The notes beneath the pieces were generated by a model. The model was not told the origin of the DNA. It searched no databases and saw only the letters and a program-made list of their open reading frames with translations. DNA of 64,000 nt. It comes from an uncultured delta proteobacterium. Lineage in GTDB: Bacteria; Myxococcota; Myxococcia; Myxococcales; Myxococcaceae. The position numbers and the translations under genes are program-made. The stretch spans positions 224,001 through 288,000 of the forward strand of contig CAVYSY010000040.1 of assembly GCA_963771175.1 (NCBI GenBank), read 5' to 3'. The stretch's first letter is position 1. The number at the start of each line of letters is the position of its first letter. This document shows positions 27,934 through 38,877 of this stretch, piece by piece.

Positions 27934-29394
27934 ATGAGACGCTGGCGTCCGCTCTCCCTGATGCTGGCCCTGCTCGCCGGCTGCGCCACGACTCCTTCCG
28001 AGGAGCCCTCCCCTGGAAGGGGAGGAGAGTGGCTCGACAGCCGCACAGGAGGCGAGTGCCGGCAAGCCCTGTGGACGCACGCCCCTCCTGCTGCAGGACA
28101 TCGCTCCCGGGGTGCGGGCTCGGAACCGAGCGAGCTGGTGCACGGCGACCGCGTCCTCCTCTTCACCGTCGCCACGGAAGACGGGCGCGCGCTGTGGAGG
28201 AGCAGCGGCACGGGAGGGCCGGGCACCCGCTTCGTGAAGGCGCTTCCCTCGGGGCCGACCGGGATGGAGGCCTCGGAGCTCACCCAGGTGGGGAACAAGG
28301 TCTTCTTCGCCGCCGGGAGCGCGGAGCACGGACTCGAGCTGTGGGTGAGCGACGGCACGCCCGAGGGCACCCTCATGGTGAAGGACATCTGGCCCGGTGA
28401 GGAGGGCTCGTTCCCGGACTCGCTGTTCGAGTACAACGGACTGCTCTACTTCGCCGCCGGGAGCCCGGAGTTCGGGCGCGAGATGTGGCGCAGCGACGGG
28501 ACGCCCGAGGGCACCGTCATGGTCGAGGACCTCGAGCCGGGCCCCGAGGGCACCAGCCCCAACCTCTTCACCCGGGGAGGCGACGGGGCGCTGTACTTCG
28601 TCATCTTTCGCGACCCCTACAGGATGTTGATGCGCGGAGATGGGGGGCCCGGCGCCGTCGAGCTGCGCAGGGTGCCGGACAACGCGGGCCTCCTCGAGAG
28701 ACTGACGCCGGCGGGGAAACGGCTGTTCTTCATCGCGGGCGAGGAGGCCCACGACGGTACGGTCTCGCTGGAGGTGACGAGCGGGGGGAAGGCCCCGGTG
28801 CGCCTGGGCATGTTCCATGAGTTTGGCGACATGGTGGCGATGGGCGGGCGGGTGTACTTCAGCGCCGCCATGGGGGCCGCCATGGAGGAAGTGGCGCCCG
28901 ATGGGGAGCTGTGGCGGAGCGATGGCACCGCGAAGGGGACGGTGCGGGTGAAGGACATCCGGCCGGGTCCCGAGGGCTCGTCCCCCAGCGGTCTGAGGGC
29001 CCTGGGCAACCGGCTCGTCTTCGTCGCCGACGATGGGACGAGCGGGCGCGAGCCGTGGGTGAGCAACGGCCAGGCCTCCGGGACGGCCCTCCTCGCGGAC
29101 CTCGAGCCGGGTGGGGCCGGCTCGTTCCCGGAGGAGCTGACGGTCATCCAGGACACGCTGTTCTTCAGCGCGGAGACGGCGGGGCGCGGCCGGGAGCCGT
29201 GGATGAGCGATGGCACGCGCGCGGGCACGGTGGCGCTCGACGAGCTCGCTCCCGGGTCGGCCTCCTCGAACCCGAGTGGCTTCGTGCGCTCGGGTTGGGA
29301 CGTCTTCTTCACCGCCGATGACGGCACCCACGGCCGGGAGCCATGGGTCCTGCCCTTCCGGCCCTCGGAGCATTGCGAGCGCGAGTCCCGGTGA
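27934..29394 (+). CDS. ELWxxDGT-repeat (beta-propeller) lipoprotein
   Basis: Lipobox LAGC; repeats ELWVSDGT, EMWRSDGT, ELWRSDGT, EPWVSNGQ, EPWMSDGT. Confidence 0.93.
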   Translation: MRRWRPLSLMLALLAGCATTPSEEPSPGRGGEWLDSRTGGECRQALWTHAPPAAGHRSRGAGSEPSELVHGDRVLLFTVATEDGRALWRSSGTGGPGTRFVKALPSGPTGMEASELTQVGNKVFFAAGSAEHGLELWVSDGTPEGTLMVKDIWPGEEGSFPDSLFEYNGLLYFAAGSPEFGREMWRSDGTPEGTVMVEDLEPGPEGTSPNLFTRGGDGALYFVIFRDPYRMLMRGDGGPGAVELRRVPDNAGLLERLTPAGKRLFFIAGEEAHDGTVSLEVTSGGKAPVRLGMFHEFGDMVAMGGRVYFSAAMGAAMEEVAPDGELWRSDGTAKGTVRVKDIRPGPEGSSPSGLRALGNRLVFVADDGTSGREPWVSNGQASGTALLADLEPGGAGSFPEELTVIQDTLFFSAETAGRGREPWMSDGTRAGTVALDELAPGSASSNPSGFVRSGWDVFFTADDGTHGREPWVLPFRPSEHCERESR

Positions 29395-29454
29395 GCGCTC
29401 TCCCCGGAAGTGGCGACCTCGGGCTTCTGCCCTGGGAAGAGGGCAGGGTGAGGG

Positions 29455-32185
29455 CTACGACAGCCAGAAGTAGGCGGAGGCGATGAGCGAGCGCTTCTCC
29501 GTCACCTTCGCCTTGTTGGCCAGGTCCGCCACCTGCCGGTCCTTCGCCGCGTAGCGCTTCTCCTCCTCGTTGCGCAGCGAGGCCAGCTTCTTGCGGTACT
29601 CGCGCTCCAGCCGCTCGGCATGCGCCCGAATCTTCACCCGCTCGGAGGGGTCCTCCTGCGAGCACACTTCCTTGCGCGCCTCCTGCCAGGCCTCGCGAGC
29701 CTTCTCCACCTGCTCGCGCGACTCCAGCAGACAATCCTCCGCGTAGCGGTCCGCCCGCTCGCGCGCCATGTCCAGCTCCAGCGCGTTGCGCCGCTCCGCC
29801 GCCCGGAGGATCTCATCCTTGGCGGCCATCAGCGCCTGCTCCTGCATGAGCGATACGGACACCGGAGGCGGCTGCCGGCGCCGCTCCTCCTTGGCCGCCA
29901 GCTTCATGAAGTGCTCGCCGTCGGCCAGCGGCAGGACCCGGAAGCCCTTCCCGTCGCGCTCCAGCACCAGCACCATGTGGACCATCTTCTCTTCGGCCTT
30001 CAGGCCCGTCGTCTCGAACTTGTAGACGAACCACCAGCCCTCGCAGCCCGCGAGCCGGGCCAGCCGCGCCGGCAGTCCCGCCGCGTCGAGCTGCAGGTAG
30101 TTGACGGCGTCGTGCGTCCGGTCGCGCACCGCATAGGCGGCCTTGGCCACCTGGAGCCGGCCCGAGGCGCTGTTGTTGCCCAGCACCGAGCCCGTCAGCG
30201 CCCGCGCGCCCTGCTGGCGCTTCTCCAGCGCCTCCTTCGTCACCGCCCCCGCGACGCGCAGCCGCCGCCGCACGTCTCCGTCGAAGCGCTCCATGAGCGT
30301 CGAGCGCGCCTCCGTCATGCGCGCGCTGATGCGGCCCTCCATGTCCGAGCGCAGCTTGTCGAAGGCCTTGTTGATGTCGTCCGGGTGGCGGCAGGACTGG
30401 TAGATGTCCAGAATCCGCCGCTCGAAGTCCACGCCGCTCTCCAGCGCGCCGAGGATCTCATCCGACGCGCCGAACACGCCGTCGAAGAGGTTCAGCTTCT
30501 TCTCCAGCAGCTCGTACAGCCGGGCGTCCGCGGCGTTCTGCCGGTTGAGGAAGTTGATGACGAGCACGTCCCGCTGCTGGCCGTAGCGGTGGCAGCGGCC
30601 GATGCGCTGCTCCACCCGCTGCGGGTTCCACGGCAGGTCGTAGTTCACCACCAGGTTGCAGAACTGGAGGTTGAGTCCCTCGGCGCCCGCCTCGGTGCAG
30701 ATGAGGATCTGCGTCTTGTCGCGGAACTCGTTCACCAGGGCGCGGCGCTCCTCGGGCCCGCCCCCCGCGTCACCCGACAGCAGGGAGATCTTCCCCGCGT
30801 AGCCGTTGGCCGCCAGCAGGTTGAAGAGGTACTGCTGCGTGCGCTTGGACTCGGTGAAGATGAGCGCCTTCTCCGGCCAGCCCTGGCCCTTCATCACCTT
30901 GAAGGTGCGGTCCAGGGCGCGCTTGAGGGCCTCGCCCTTGGCGTTCACCTTGATGGAGTCGGCGAGGTCCGCGTACTGCTTCAGCTCCCACATCTCGTTC
31001 TCGAGCGTGCGGATGCTGACGGGCTTGGCGGGGTCGTCCGACCACTCCTCGCCCTCCTCGACGAACTGCTTGGCCTCCTCGGGCTCGAACATCTCCAGGG
31101 CCCGCTGGCCCAGGCGCGCCGCCTCGAGCCGCTTGGTGAGGTTGTCCGAGAGCCGCCGCAGGGTGGGGGCGATGGCGTACGTGGAGGAGGCCAGCAGCTT
31201 GCGGTAGCAGAGCGTGAGCAGCGTCTTCTTGCCCGGCTCGATGGCGGCCACTTCCGAGCGCTGCAGGTACTCGCTGACCTTCTCGTAGAGGTCCTGCTCC
31301 TCGGCCGAGGGCGCGAAGTCCTCCACGATGGAGCGGCGGTTGGTGTAGCGGACGTACTCGCGCACCTGCCGGCGCAGCGTGCGCTGCACCACGGGGGCCA
31401 GCCGCTCCTTGAGCTCGTTGACGGCGTCCGTCTGCAGTCCGCCCGTCTCGGCCTCCAGCCGGTAGCGGCTGCGGAAGGCGTGCTCGGGGCCGAGGATCTG
31501 CTCGTCCAGGAGCGTCACCAGCCCGAACAGCTCCATCAGGTCGTTCTGCAGCGGCGTGGCGGTGAGCAGCAGCTTGGGACGGCCGCTGAGCGCCGAGCGG
31601 AGCGCCTGGCCCGTCTTGTGGCCCGCCCGGTAGGCGTTCCGCAGACGGTGGGCCTCGTCGATGATGACGACGTCCCACGGAATCTCGGCCACCAGCTGCG
31701 CCTTGTTGGCGGCGAACGGGTGCGAGCAGATGACGGGGAAGGGCTGGTCGAAGCAGTTGCCCGTGGCGCGCACGCGTGCGGCCGTCCACCATCACCGACT
31801 CGAGGTCGAACTTCTCGCGCAGCTCGCTGTTCCACTGCGCGCGCAGCACGGCCGGGGCGAGGATGAGGATGCGCGTCTTCCCCTCGGCCACGAGCTGGGC
31901 GATGACCATGCCCGCTTCAATCGTCTTCCCGAGACCCACCTCGTCCGCGAGCATGCAGCCGCCGCGCGACAGCGAGTCGATGGCGAAACACGCCGCCTCG
32001 AGCTGGTGGGGGTTGAGATCCACCCTGGCCTCGGCGAGCGCTCCCGCGAGCCGCTCGCGCGAGTCCGAGCTCTTGATGGTGAGCTCCTCGGCGAGCAGAC
32101 GCTCGTGGAAGGGCGTCAGTGGCCGACCCTGCTGCTCAGCGCCCGCGCGGACCTCCGTCCCCGACACCGCCGCCGCCGCATCCAC
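29455..32185 (-). CDS. SNF2-family ATPase/helicase (RapA/DrmD-related); one frameshift near 31775
   Basis: DLNPHQ, LADEVGLGKTIEAG, IIDEAHRLRN, LTATPLQN, LIFTES, TEAGAEGLNLQ, NYDLPWNPQRVEQRIGRCHRYGQ; start approximate. Confidence 0.93.
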
Positions 32186-32441
32186 CGCCACCCGCAGCTC
32201 CCTGAAATCCCTCGCGACCTCCGGCAAGACCCTGTCTCCGTCCGTACGTATCGAAACGTGCTCGCACAGGCGTGTAGCACGAAAGAGGGGCCATTTTGGG
32301 AAGTGCGATGGAGGTGTAAAGGGGGTCCTCTCCGAGGCCGAAAAATCGGCTCCGGAGCGATTGGCACGCTTTTTCTTCGGGAGCGTCGTCGCGCGAGCGT
32401 GTGTGCGACGGGGCGCGCGCGTGGGGACTTGACGGCGGCGG

Positions 32442-33771
32442 CTAGAGCAGTCCTCGCGCCTTCACGTGCAGGTAGCTGTTGACGGCGGCGGCACCGAAGC
32501 CCCTCGCCGGAGCGCGCACCACGAGTGCACCTGCATCTCGGAGGGTGAGGGCGGTGCGCCGGTAGTCCTCCTCGAGGCGCGAGGCGGCCTGGCGCGCGTA
32601 GGCGTCCTGCACGGTGGTGGGCACGGCGGTGGCGGCGGACTGGAGGTCCTCGTCGAGGAGCGAGGCCACCACGGGCAGGTGCCGGGGGCGCAGCGCCAGC
32701 GTGCGCGGCCAGCAGCGTGCTGGAGGCGTCCGGGTCCACCAGGTCCGTGAAGAGCACCACCAGCGAGCGGCGCGAGGAGCGAGCGAAGGCGAAGTCGTAG
32801 GCGCGGCCGTAGTCGCTCTCCTCGAGCGCGGCCTCGGCGCGGTAGAGGGACTCGGTGAGGAGGCGCAGGTGCTCGGAGCCCTTGCGCGGGGGGAGGAAGG
32901 CGCGCACGTCGCTGGCGAAGGCGAGCACGCCCACCATGTCCCCGGCGTCCAGGCTCACCTTGGCGAGGCGCAGCGCCGCGTCCACCGCGTGGTCCAGCTT
33001 GCGCCGGCCGTCCACCTGGCCCGCCATGTGGCGCCCGCAGTCGAGCAGCAGCAGCACGGGCTGGTTCCGCTCGGGCTGGTACACGCGCACCATGGTGCGG
33101 CCCCGGCGCGCCGAGGCCTTCCAGTCCACGGTGCGGTAGTCGTCGCCCGGTGCGGTAGTCGCGCAGGGACTCGAACTCGCGGCCCTCGGCGGAGCGGCGC
33201 AGGGTGCGCTCGGCGGGAGCGTCCGAGGCCACGGCGAGCGCCAGCGCCTCCCGCGTCAGCGCGGTGAGGTCCGGGTACACCTTCACGTCCTGGGTGGCCG
33301 GCACCCGCACCTGGCGCGCGCACAGGCCCAGCGGGCCCAGCAGGCGCAGGTGCGACGTCACCGAGGCGCAGATCTCCACGCGTGGGCGGGGTGAGGGCGT
33401 AGGAGACGGTGGCGTGGGCTGCCTCGGGGCGAGAGGGAGAAGGGCTGCTCGTGCCCGTGCACGTCCACGCCCGGGGGCACCTCGTCGCGCACCCGGCCGC
33501 GCACGGGCCGCTGGCCGAGCAGGTGCAACTCCAGCCGCACCGGGTTGGCCACGCCCGAGGAGAGGACGGGCTCCAGCACGCGCCGCACCTCGAGGTCCGA
33601 GGCGCGGGGGGCGGAGAGGAAGTCGAAGGCGCACAGCAGCAGCACCGCCGCGTCCAGGGCGAGCGCGAGCCACAGGAAGGCGGAGCCGGCGACGGCCATC
33701 GCGGCGGGCACGAGGGCCGCGGCGACGAGCGCCACGGCGAGCCCGGTGGGGACGGGCCGGCCGAGGCTCAC
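32442..33771 (-). CDS. DUF58 (vWA-like) membrane protein, frameshifted
   Basis: [59 protein letters not shown] overlap with moxR. Confidence 0.9.
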
Positions 33772-34746
33772 CGGGGAACCTGGACGCGCTCCAACGTCTG
33801 GCGGAGCACGTCGTCCGCGGTGAGGCCCTCCACCTCCGCCTCGGCCTTCAGAATCAGGCGATGGTTGAGGACGCTGGGGCAGACGGCCTTCACGTCGTCC
33901 GGGGTGACGAAGTCCGAGCCGTTGAGGGCCGCTCGGGACTTGGCCGCGGCCAGCAGCGCCTGCGCCGAGCGCGGCGAGGCCCCCAGGCGCACGCGCGGGT
34001 TGGCGCGCGTCTCGCGGATGAGCTTCACCACGTAGGAGAGGATGGACTCGTCGCAGGCGACGCGTGCCGCCTGGGCCTGCAGCTCCGCGAGCGTGGCGCG
34101 CGTCCAGCACCCGCGCCACCTGGGCGACCTTGCCCTCGCGCTGGTGGAAGCCGCGCACCATGTCCAGCTCGGCCTCGGGCGGCGGGTAGCCCACGCGCAC
34201 CCGCATCAGGAAGCGGTCGAGCTGCGCCTCGGGCAGCGGGTAGGTGCCCTCCAGCTCCAGCGGGTTCTGCGTGGCCACCACGAAGAAGTGGGCCGGCAGC
34301 GCGTGCGTGGTGCCGTCGATGGTGACCTGCCGCTCCTCCATGGCCTCCAGCAGCGCGGCCTGCGTCTTGGGCGGGGTGCGGTTGATCTCGTCCGCCACCA
34401 GGACCTCGGTGAAGACGGGGCCCTTCACGAGCTGGAAGGCGTTGTCCTGGGGCCGGAAGACGTTGGTGCCGAGGATGTCGCTCGGCATCAGGTCCGGGGT
34501 GAACTGGACGCGGGAGAAGTCGAGCCCGAGCGCGGAGGCCATGCTGCGCGCGGTGAGCGTCTTGGCCACGCCGGGGACGCCCTCGAGCAGCACGTGGCCG
34601 CGCGCGAGGAACGCGGTGACGAGGTCCGCCACCACGTGCCGCTGGCCGAGCACCGTGGACTCCAGCGCGGCGGTGAGGCGCTCCAGGGACGAGCCCCCGG
34701 CGGCCGGGGTGCGCGCGACTCCCGCTGCGGAAGGAGACGACGTCAT
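33768..34746 (-). CDS. moxR: MoxR family AAA+ ATPase (frameshift near 34100)
   Basis: [72 protein letters not shown]. Confidence 0.95.
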
Positions 34747-35725
34747 GAAGCGGGCTTCTCCTTGAGTCCCAGCAGCGTGCCGACGAGGCTGACCAGCGCG
34801 CCGAGCAGGGCGAGGTACGCCCCCATGCTGGGTGTGGAGTTCATGAGGGTCGCGTTGCCCATGGGGGAGGGCACCTCGGTGGCGTCATACGAGAGCTTCA
34901 TGAAGATGATGCACCAGAGGACGCAGAAGATGGACAGGCCGAGCTGCGCGAGCCAGGGGACGAGGACGTTGAGGCTCGGCATGGACCGGCGCACGCGCAC
35001 GGCGATGGTGCCCATGACGGCGATGGCGCCCGACGACGCCGACGAGCCCCAGGCTCATCAGTCCGAGGATGTCGCCGTCCGCGGCCGTCTCCTTCCAGGG
35101 GAGGAAGGCGGAGAATGGCGATCGCCCCCGCGCCGCCGAAGGCGATCTTGTCGGAGAGGCCCAGCAAGCTCACGAACTGGCGGAAGTCGTCCATGACCTC
35201 CTCGGGCGCACGATCTGTCCGGAGCCGCTGCCGCTGTAGTCGCGGGACGGGGTGTAGCTGACGTCCGCCGGGTCGAGCTCGGTCTGCTGTGGGCGCCGGG
35301 GGGCGGGAGCCGCCGCACGGCCGCCACTGCCGCCGGGGCGGGGCGGGGCGGGGCGGCTGTTGGGGCTGGACCTTCCGCTCGCGGTGCGCGGGGGCGCGTT
35401 GCGGACGATCTCGTCCATGCTGCTTGATGTTGGTGGCGTCCGCGTTGGCGACCTCCGGGGCCGCGGCGGGCTGCCGGGGGCGTGAACCGGCGCCGGAGGA
35501 GGGGCGGGCAGCGGACCGGGCTCCAGAGCCACGAGCACCTGGAGCGGTGCGCACCGGACGGGACGCGGGGGCCTGCTGGCGGGACGGGGCAGGCCCGGCG
35601 CCCGTCACATCGTCCGAGTCCTGGGGGGCGTCCGCCGAAATGAACGAGGAGTCGATGATGTAGTCGCACGAGGGGCAGATGGACGTGCCATCCGCGACCT
35701 GGGTGCCACAGCCAGGGCAGTTCAG
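34743..35725 (-). CDS. Hypothetical membrane protein with an N-terminal zinc ribbon and Pro/Ala-rich linker, frameshifted
   Basis: NCPGCG...ICPSCD; C-terminal hydrophobic helices; ATGA overlap with moxR; start uncertain (CTG at 35725 or ATG at 35761). Confidence 0.7.
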
Positions 35726-35846
35726 GACCGGCGCTCCTTGAGACGGTGAAGCGCCGCGCATCTTCCGGTGCCCGATGCGCTCAAGTCAAACGGCTTACGG
35801 GCTAACCCCTGGATTTTCGCGGGGAATTGGCCTAGGCGGGCAGGCC

Positions 35847-37905
35847 ATGAGCCCTCCGCGCGCCGCCGTGCCTGCCTGTCTGCTCTGGGTCTTCGTGCTC
35901 TCGGGTTGTGTCCATTCCGCGCCGTCCCGCGAGCAGGCGGGGACAGGGGCGGAGGTGGCCGGCTGGGAGGATCGCCGCTCGCTGGCGGACGGACGGCTCG
36001 TGGCGCTCGCGACGGGTGGCTCCGTGCCGGAGCGTGTGCGGGCCCTGCGCGCACTCGCCCGCATCCAGGATCTCTCCACGCTGGAGGCCGTACTGGCCGG
36101 ACTGGGTGCCGTCGAGGTGCCCGTGCGTGACGAGGCCGCCTTCGCCACGGGGGTGCTGGCGCTCGCGTGGGAGCCCTGCACGGACGCGGAGAAGGCGCGG
36201 ATGACGGAGGCGCTGCTCGTCGCCGAGGCCACGGAGACGGACGAGGGCGTGCGGCGCACCCTGCTCGAGTCCCTGGGCAAGCTGGCCACGCCGGGGGCGG
36301 TGAAGCGCCTCGCGGAGCGGCTGACGGATGGACGTCCGGGGGTCGCGGGCCGAGCGGCCCTGGCCCTCGGGGTGGCGGCGCGCCGGGGCTCGTCGATGGC
36401 GGATGTGCCGCTGGAGCCGGTGGCGGTGCTGACCGAGCGCGGCCAGTCCGAGGAGTCGCGTTATGGCGGGGCCTACCTCCTGGCGAACGCGAAGCGCCCC
36501 GAGGCGCTGGGGTCCCTCCGGCGCTGCCTCGGTGACGAGGCCCCGGACATCCGCGCCCTGTGCGCGAAGGGAATCGGAGACGTGGGCGGCCCGGAGGACG
36601 CGGCTGTGGTGGGTCCGCTGCTGCGGGACGAGGTGCCGCGCGTGACGGCCGAGGCGGCGCGGACGCTCGCGAAGCTGGCCGCGCGGTGCAGCGGGGATTG
36701 CTCGCCGATGGACCAGCTCCGGACGCTCGCGCCCCAGGCCTCGCGCGTGGCTGCGGGGAGACTCCGCGGTGGGTCATGCGCTGCTCGCGGTGGCGCAGCA
36801 GGGCCTTCCCGAGGCGGGCCGCCCGGTGCTGGTGGCGCTGCGGCGCGCGCTCCAGGAGGCGGTGCCGGGCGCGGCCTCTGAGGTGGCGAGGGGAGACCTG
36901 ATGAACCTCGACTGCCGGCTGGCGGCGGCGCTCGATCGGCAGACGGGGGTGCTCGACGAGGTGCTGCGCTGTGGCGGAGGTCTGGTGCCGGAAGTGCGGC
37001 GGCTGGCACTCGGCCTGCGCGAGGTGGCGCAGTCGCGAGGCAAGGGCGGCGCGAGCGGAGCGGTGCCATACCTCACGTATCCGGATTCACGGGTGCAATC
37101 GGCGGCGCTGGACGCGGTGTCGGCGCGCCCCGTGCCCGAGGCGGCCGGGCCCGTGCGCGCGCTCCTCGGCGGGCGCGACCTGGTGGTGGCGGCCTCGGCG
37201 GCGAGCACGGCCGGGAAGCTGAAGGACGTGGAGGCGCTGCCCCTGGTGCGCGCGCTGGCGGAGCGCGTGCCCCAGGAGCCGGAGCTCGCCGAGCCGGTGG
37301 CGGGTGGACTGGTGGCGCTGGCGGGGAAGGACGCGGAGCCGGTGCTGCGGACGTGGCTCCAGCACCCGCATGCGAACGTGCGCCGGGTGGCGGGCGAGGC
37401 CCTCTCCGAGCTCACGGGTCAGCTCGTGCGCGCCCGGCATGTGGAACTACCGGCGGACGCGCGCCGCCCCGAGCCCGCTCCGGCGGGCACCTCGCTCACC
37501 TTCCGCACTTCGAAGGGGGACTTCACCGTCGCGCTGGATGACGAGGCGCCGCTCACCTCGGGCAACCTCGTGACGCTCGCGCGCCAGGGCTACTTCCGTG
37601 GCATCACCTTCCACCGCGTGGTGCCGGACTTCGTCGCGCAGGGTGGAGATCCGCGCGGAGACGGGGAGGGGGGCCCGGGCTACTCCATCCGCTGCGAGAT
37701 GACGCGTCGACCCTACCGCCGCGGAGTCATCGGAATGGCGCTGTCGGGGAAGGACACGGGCGGCAGCCAGTTCTTCTTCACCTACTCGCCGCAGCCGCAC
37801 CTGGATGGCCGCTACACGGCCTTTGGCGAGGTGACGCGCGGCATGGAGGTGGTGGACCGGCTCCTCGAGGGCGACACCCTCCAGGCGGTGGAGGTGTCTC
37901 CGTGA
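35847..37905 (+). CDS. HEAT-repeat lipoprotein with a C-terminal cyclophilin-type peptidyl-prolyl isomerase (frameshift near 36760)
   Basis: Lipobox LSGC; HEAT-like repeats; APLTSGN, FHRVVPDFVAQGGDP.GDG.GGPGY, MALSGKDTGGSQFF, PHLDGRYTAFG. Confidence 0.93.
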
Positions 37906-37914
37906 GGTAATGCT

Positions 37915-38412
37915 TCATCGGAGGGGCGTTGCTCCTGACTGGAATCCCGTTCGGGTCCGCAACTCAGCAAGTGCCTTCAGAAGTCCCTCTCGGAGCCTGT
38001 TGCTGCGAGCGAGGCGGAGAACGCTTCGTTCGACCTCATCCAGCATGCGCCTGGCCTCGTGGTCATCGTGCCGCGGGTGCCGTCCGCACCATTGCGCGTA
38101 GAGACAGGCAACGTGGTAACGGCGCTCGACATTCGAGTAGCCCAGCCGCTGGATACGTCGCAGCGTGGGACCGAAGACCGGCCACGGGCAGTCGCGCCCG
38201 TATGCTTCGGTGAAGATCGCCTCGGCGATTCGTCGTCGTACCTCCTGCCGTTCATATGTCGTTTGGGCGATGGAGCGCAGCAGATACCGCTCCAAGGACT
38301 TGAACCTGGATTCCATCTCCTCGAAGGAGTCATCGAAGGATGCGACGAGTGTCCGGTCCATCGCTCGTGCAACTTCCATGAAGCGACGCTCCGAGCTTTG
38401 GGAAAGCCTCAC
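37915..38412 (-). CDS. Hypothetical cytoplasmic alpha-helical protein (candidate immunity partner)
   Basis: Open ~165-aa frame; GTGA overlap with the upstream Cys-rich gene; lower GC than flanks. Confidence 0.65.
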   Translation of the reverse strand: MRLSQSSERRFMEVARAMDRTLVASFDDSFEEMESRFKSLERYLLRSIAQTTYERQEVRRRIAEAIFTEAYGRDCPWPVFGPTLRRIQRLGYSNVERRYHVACLYAQWCGRHPRHDDHEARRMLDEVERSVLRLARSNRLREGLLKALAELRTRTGFQSGATPLR

Positions 38413-38723
38413 CGACAAGGTCTCCCATCCCAGAGTTCAGCTGGCCAGACACCATTGTTCTGCATGCATACATCCTTGCAGGGCCAACAGAGACTGTGGC
38501 CACTGGTTCCGCTGGGTACGTTCTGGATGGGAGAGTTCAGGCACATATTGAACTCCTCGTTACACCGTTTTCTGATCTCCTGCGGTGATAGGCACTCGCT
38601 GACCTCACTTCCCCCAGTGAGCCGCTCTTCCTCTGTGCATCGCGTCGTCAGTGTCAGGACTGTAGCGGCCAGCAGGATGGCGCGGAGCGGCACGTGCTTC
38701 CTGATGTGCATCGGACGGCTCAT
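38409..38723 (-). CDS. Small Cys-rich exported protein
   Basis: GGAGAG upstream of ATG; hydrophobic N-terminal segment followed by Cys; pattern C-x9-C-x6-C ... C-x2-C-x3-C-x4-G-x-W-P ... C. Confidence 0.7.
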   Translation of the reverse strand: MSRPMHIRKHVPLRAILLAATVLTLTTRCTEEERLTGGSEVSECLSPQEIRKRCNEEFNMCLNSPIQNVPSGTSGHSLCWPCKDVCMQNNGVWPAELWDGRPCR

Positions 38724-38877
38724 ACCTTTCTCCTCCGATAGCGACCAGCGTCGTGCGCGATCGATTCTTCCCGCTCTGGCGACGAATCTTGAACAGACAG
38801 GCTCTTCGTCTCAATCCGCGGGCGCTCTTGCTGGCTATCCTGCGTGTGGTGGCTGACAACCTGGAACTCGGGTCTCG

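Noticed and set aside
29430..29454. GGGAAGAGGGCAGGGTGAGGG, resembling half of a myxobacterial REP-like repeat
   Set aside because: Single partial copy in the window; cannot be supported without genome-wide counts
32362..32377. Sigma-54-like TGGCACG motif
   Set aside because: The -12 element reads TTCT rather than TTGC, and it points antisense into the DUF58 3' end
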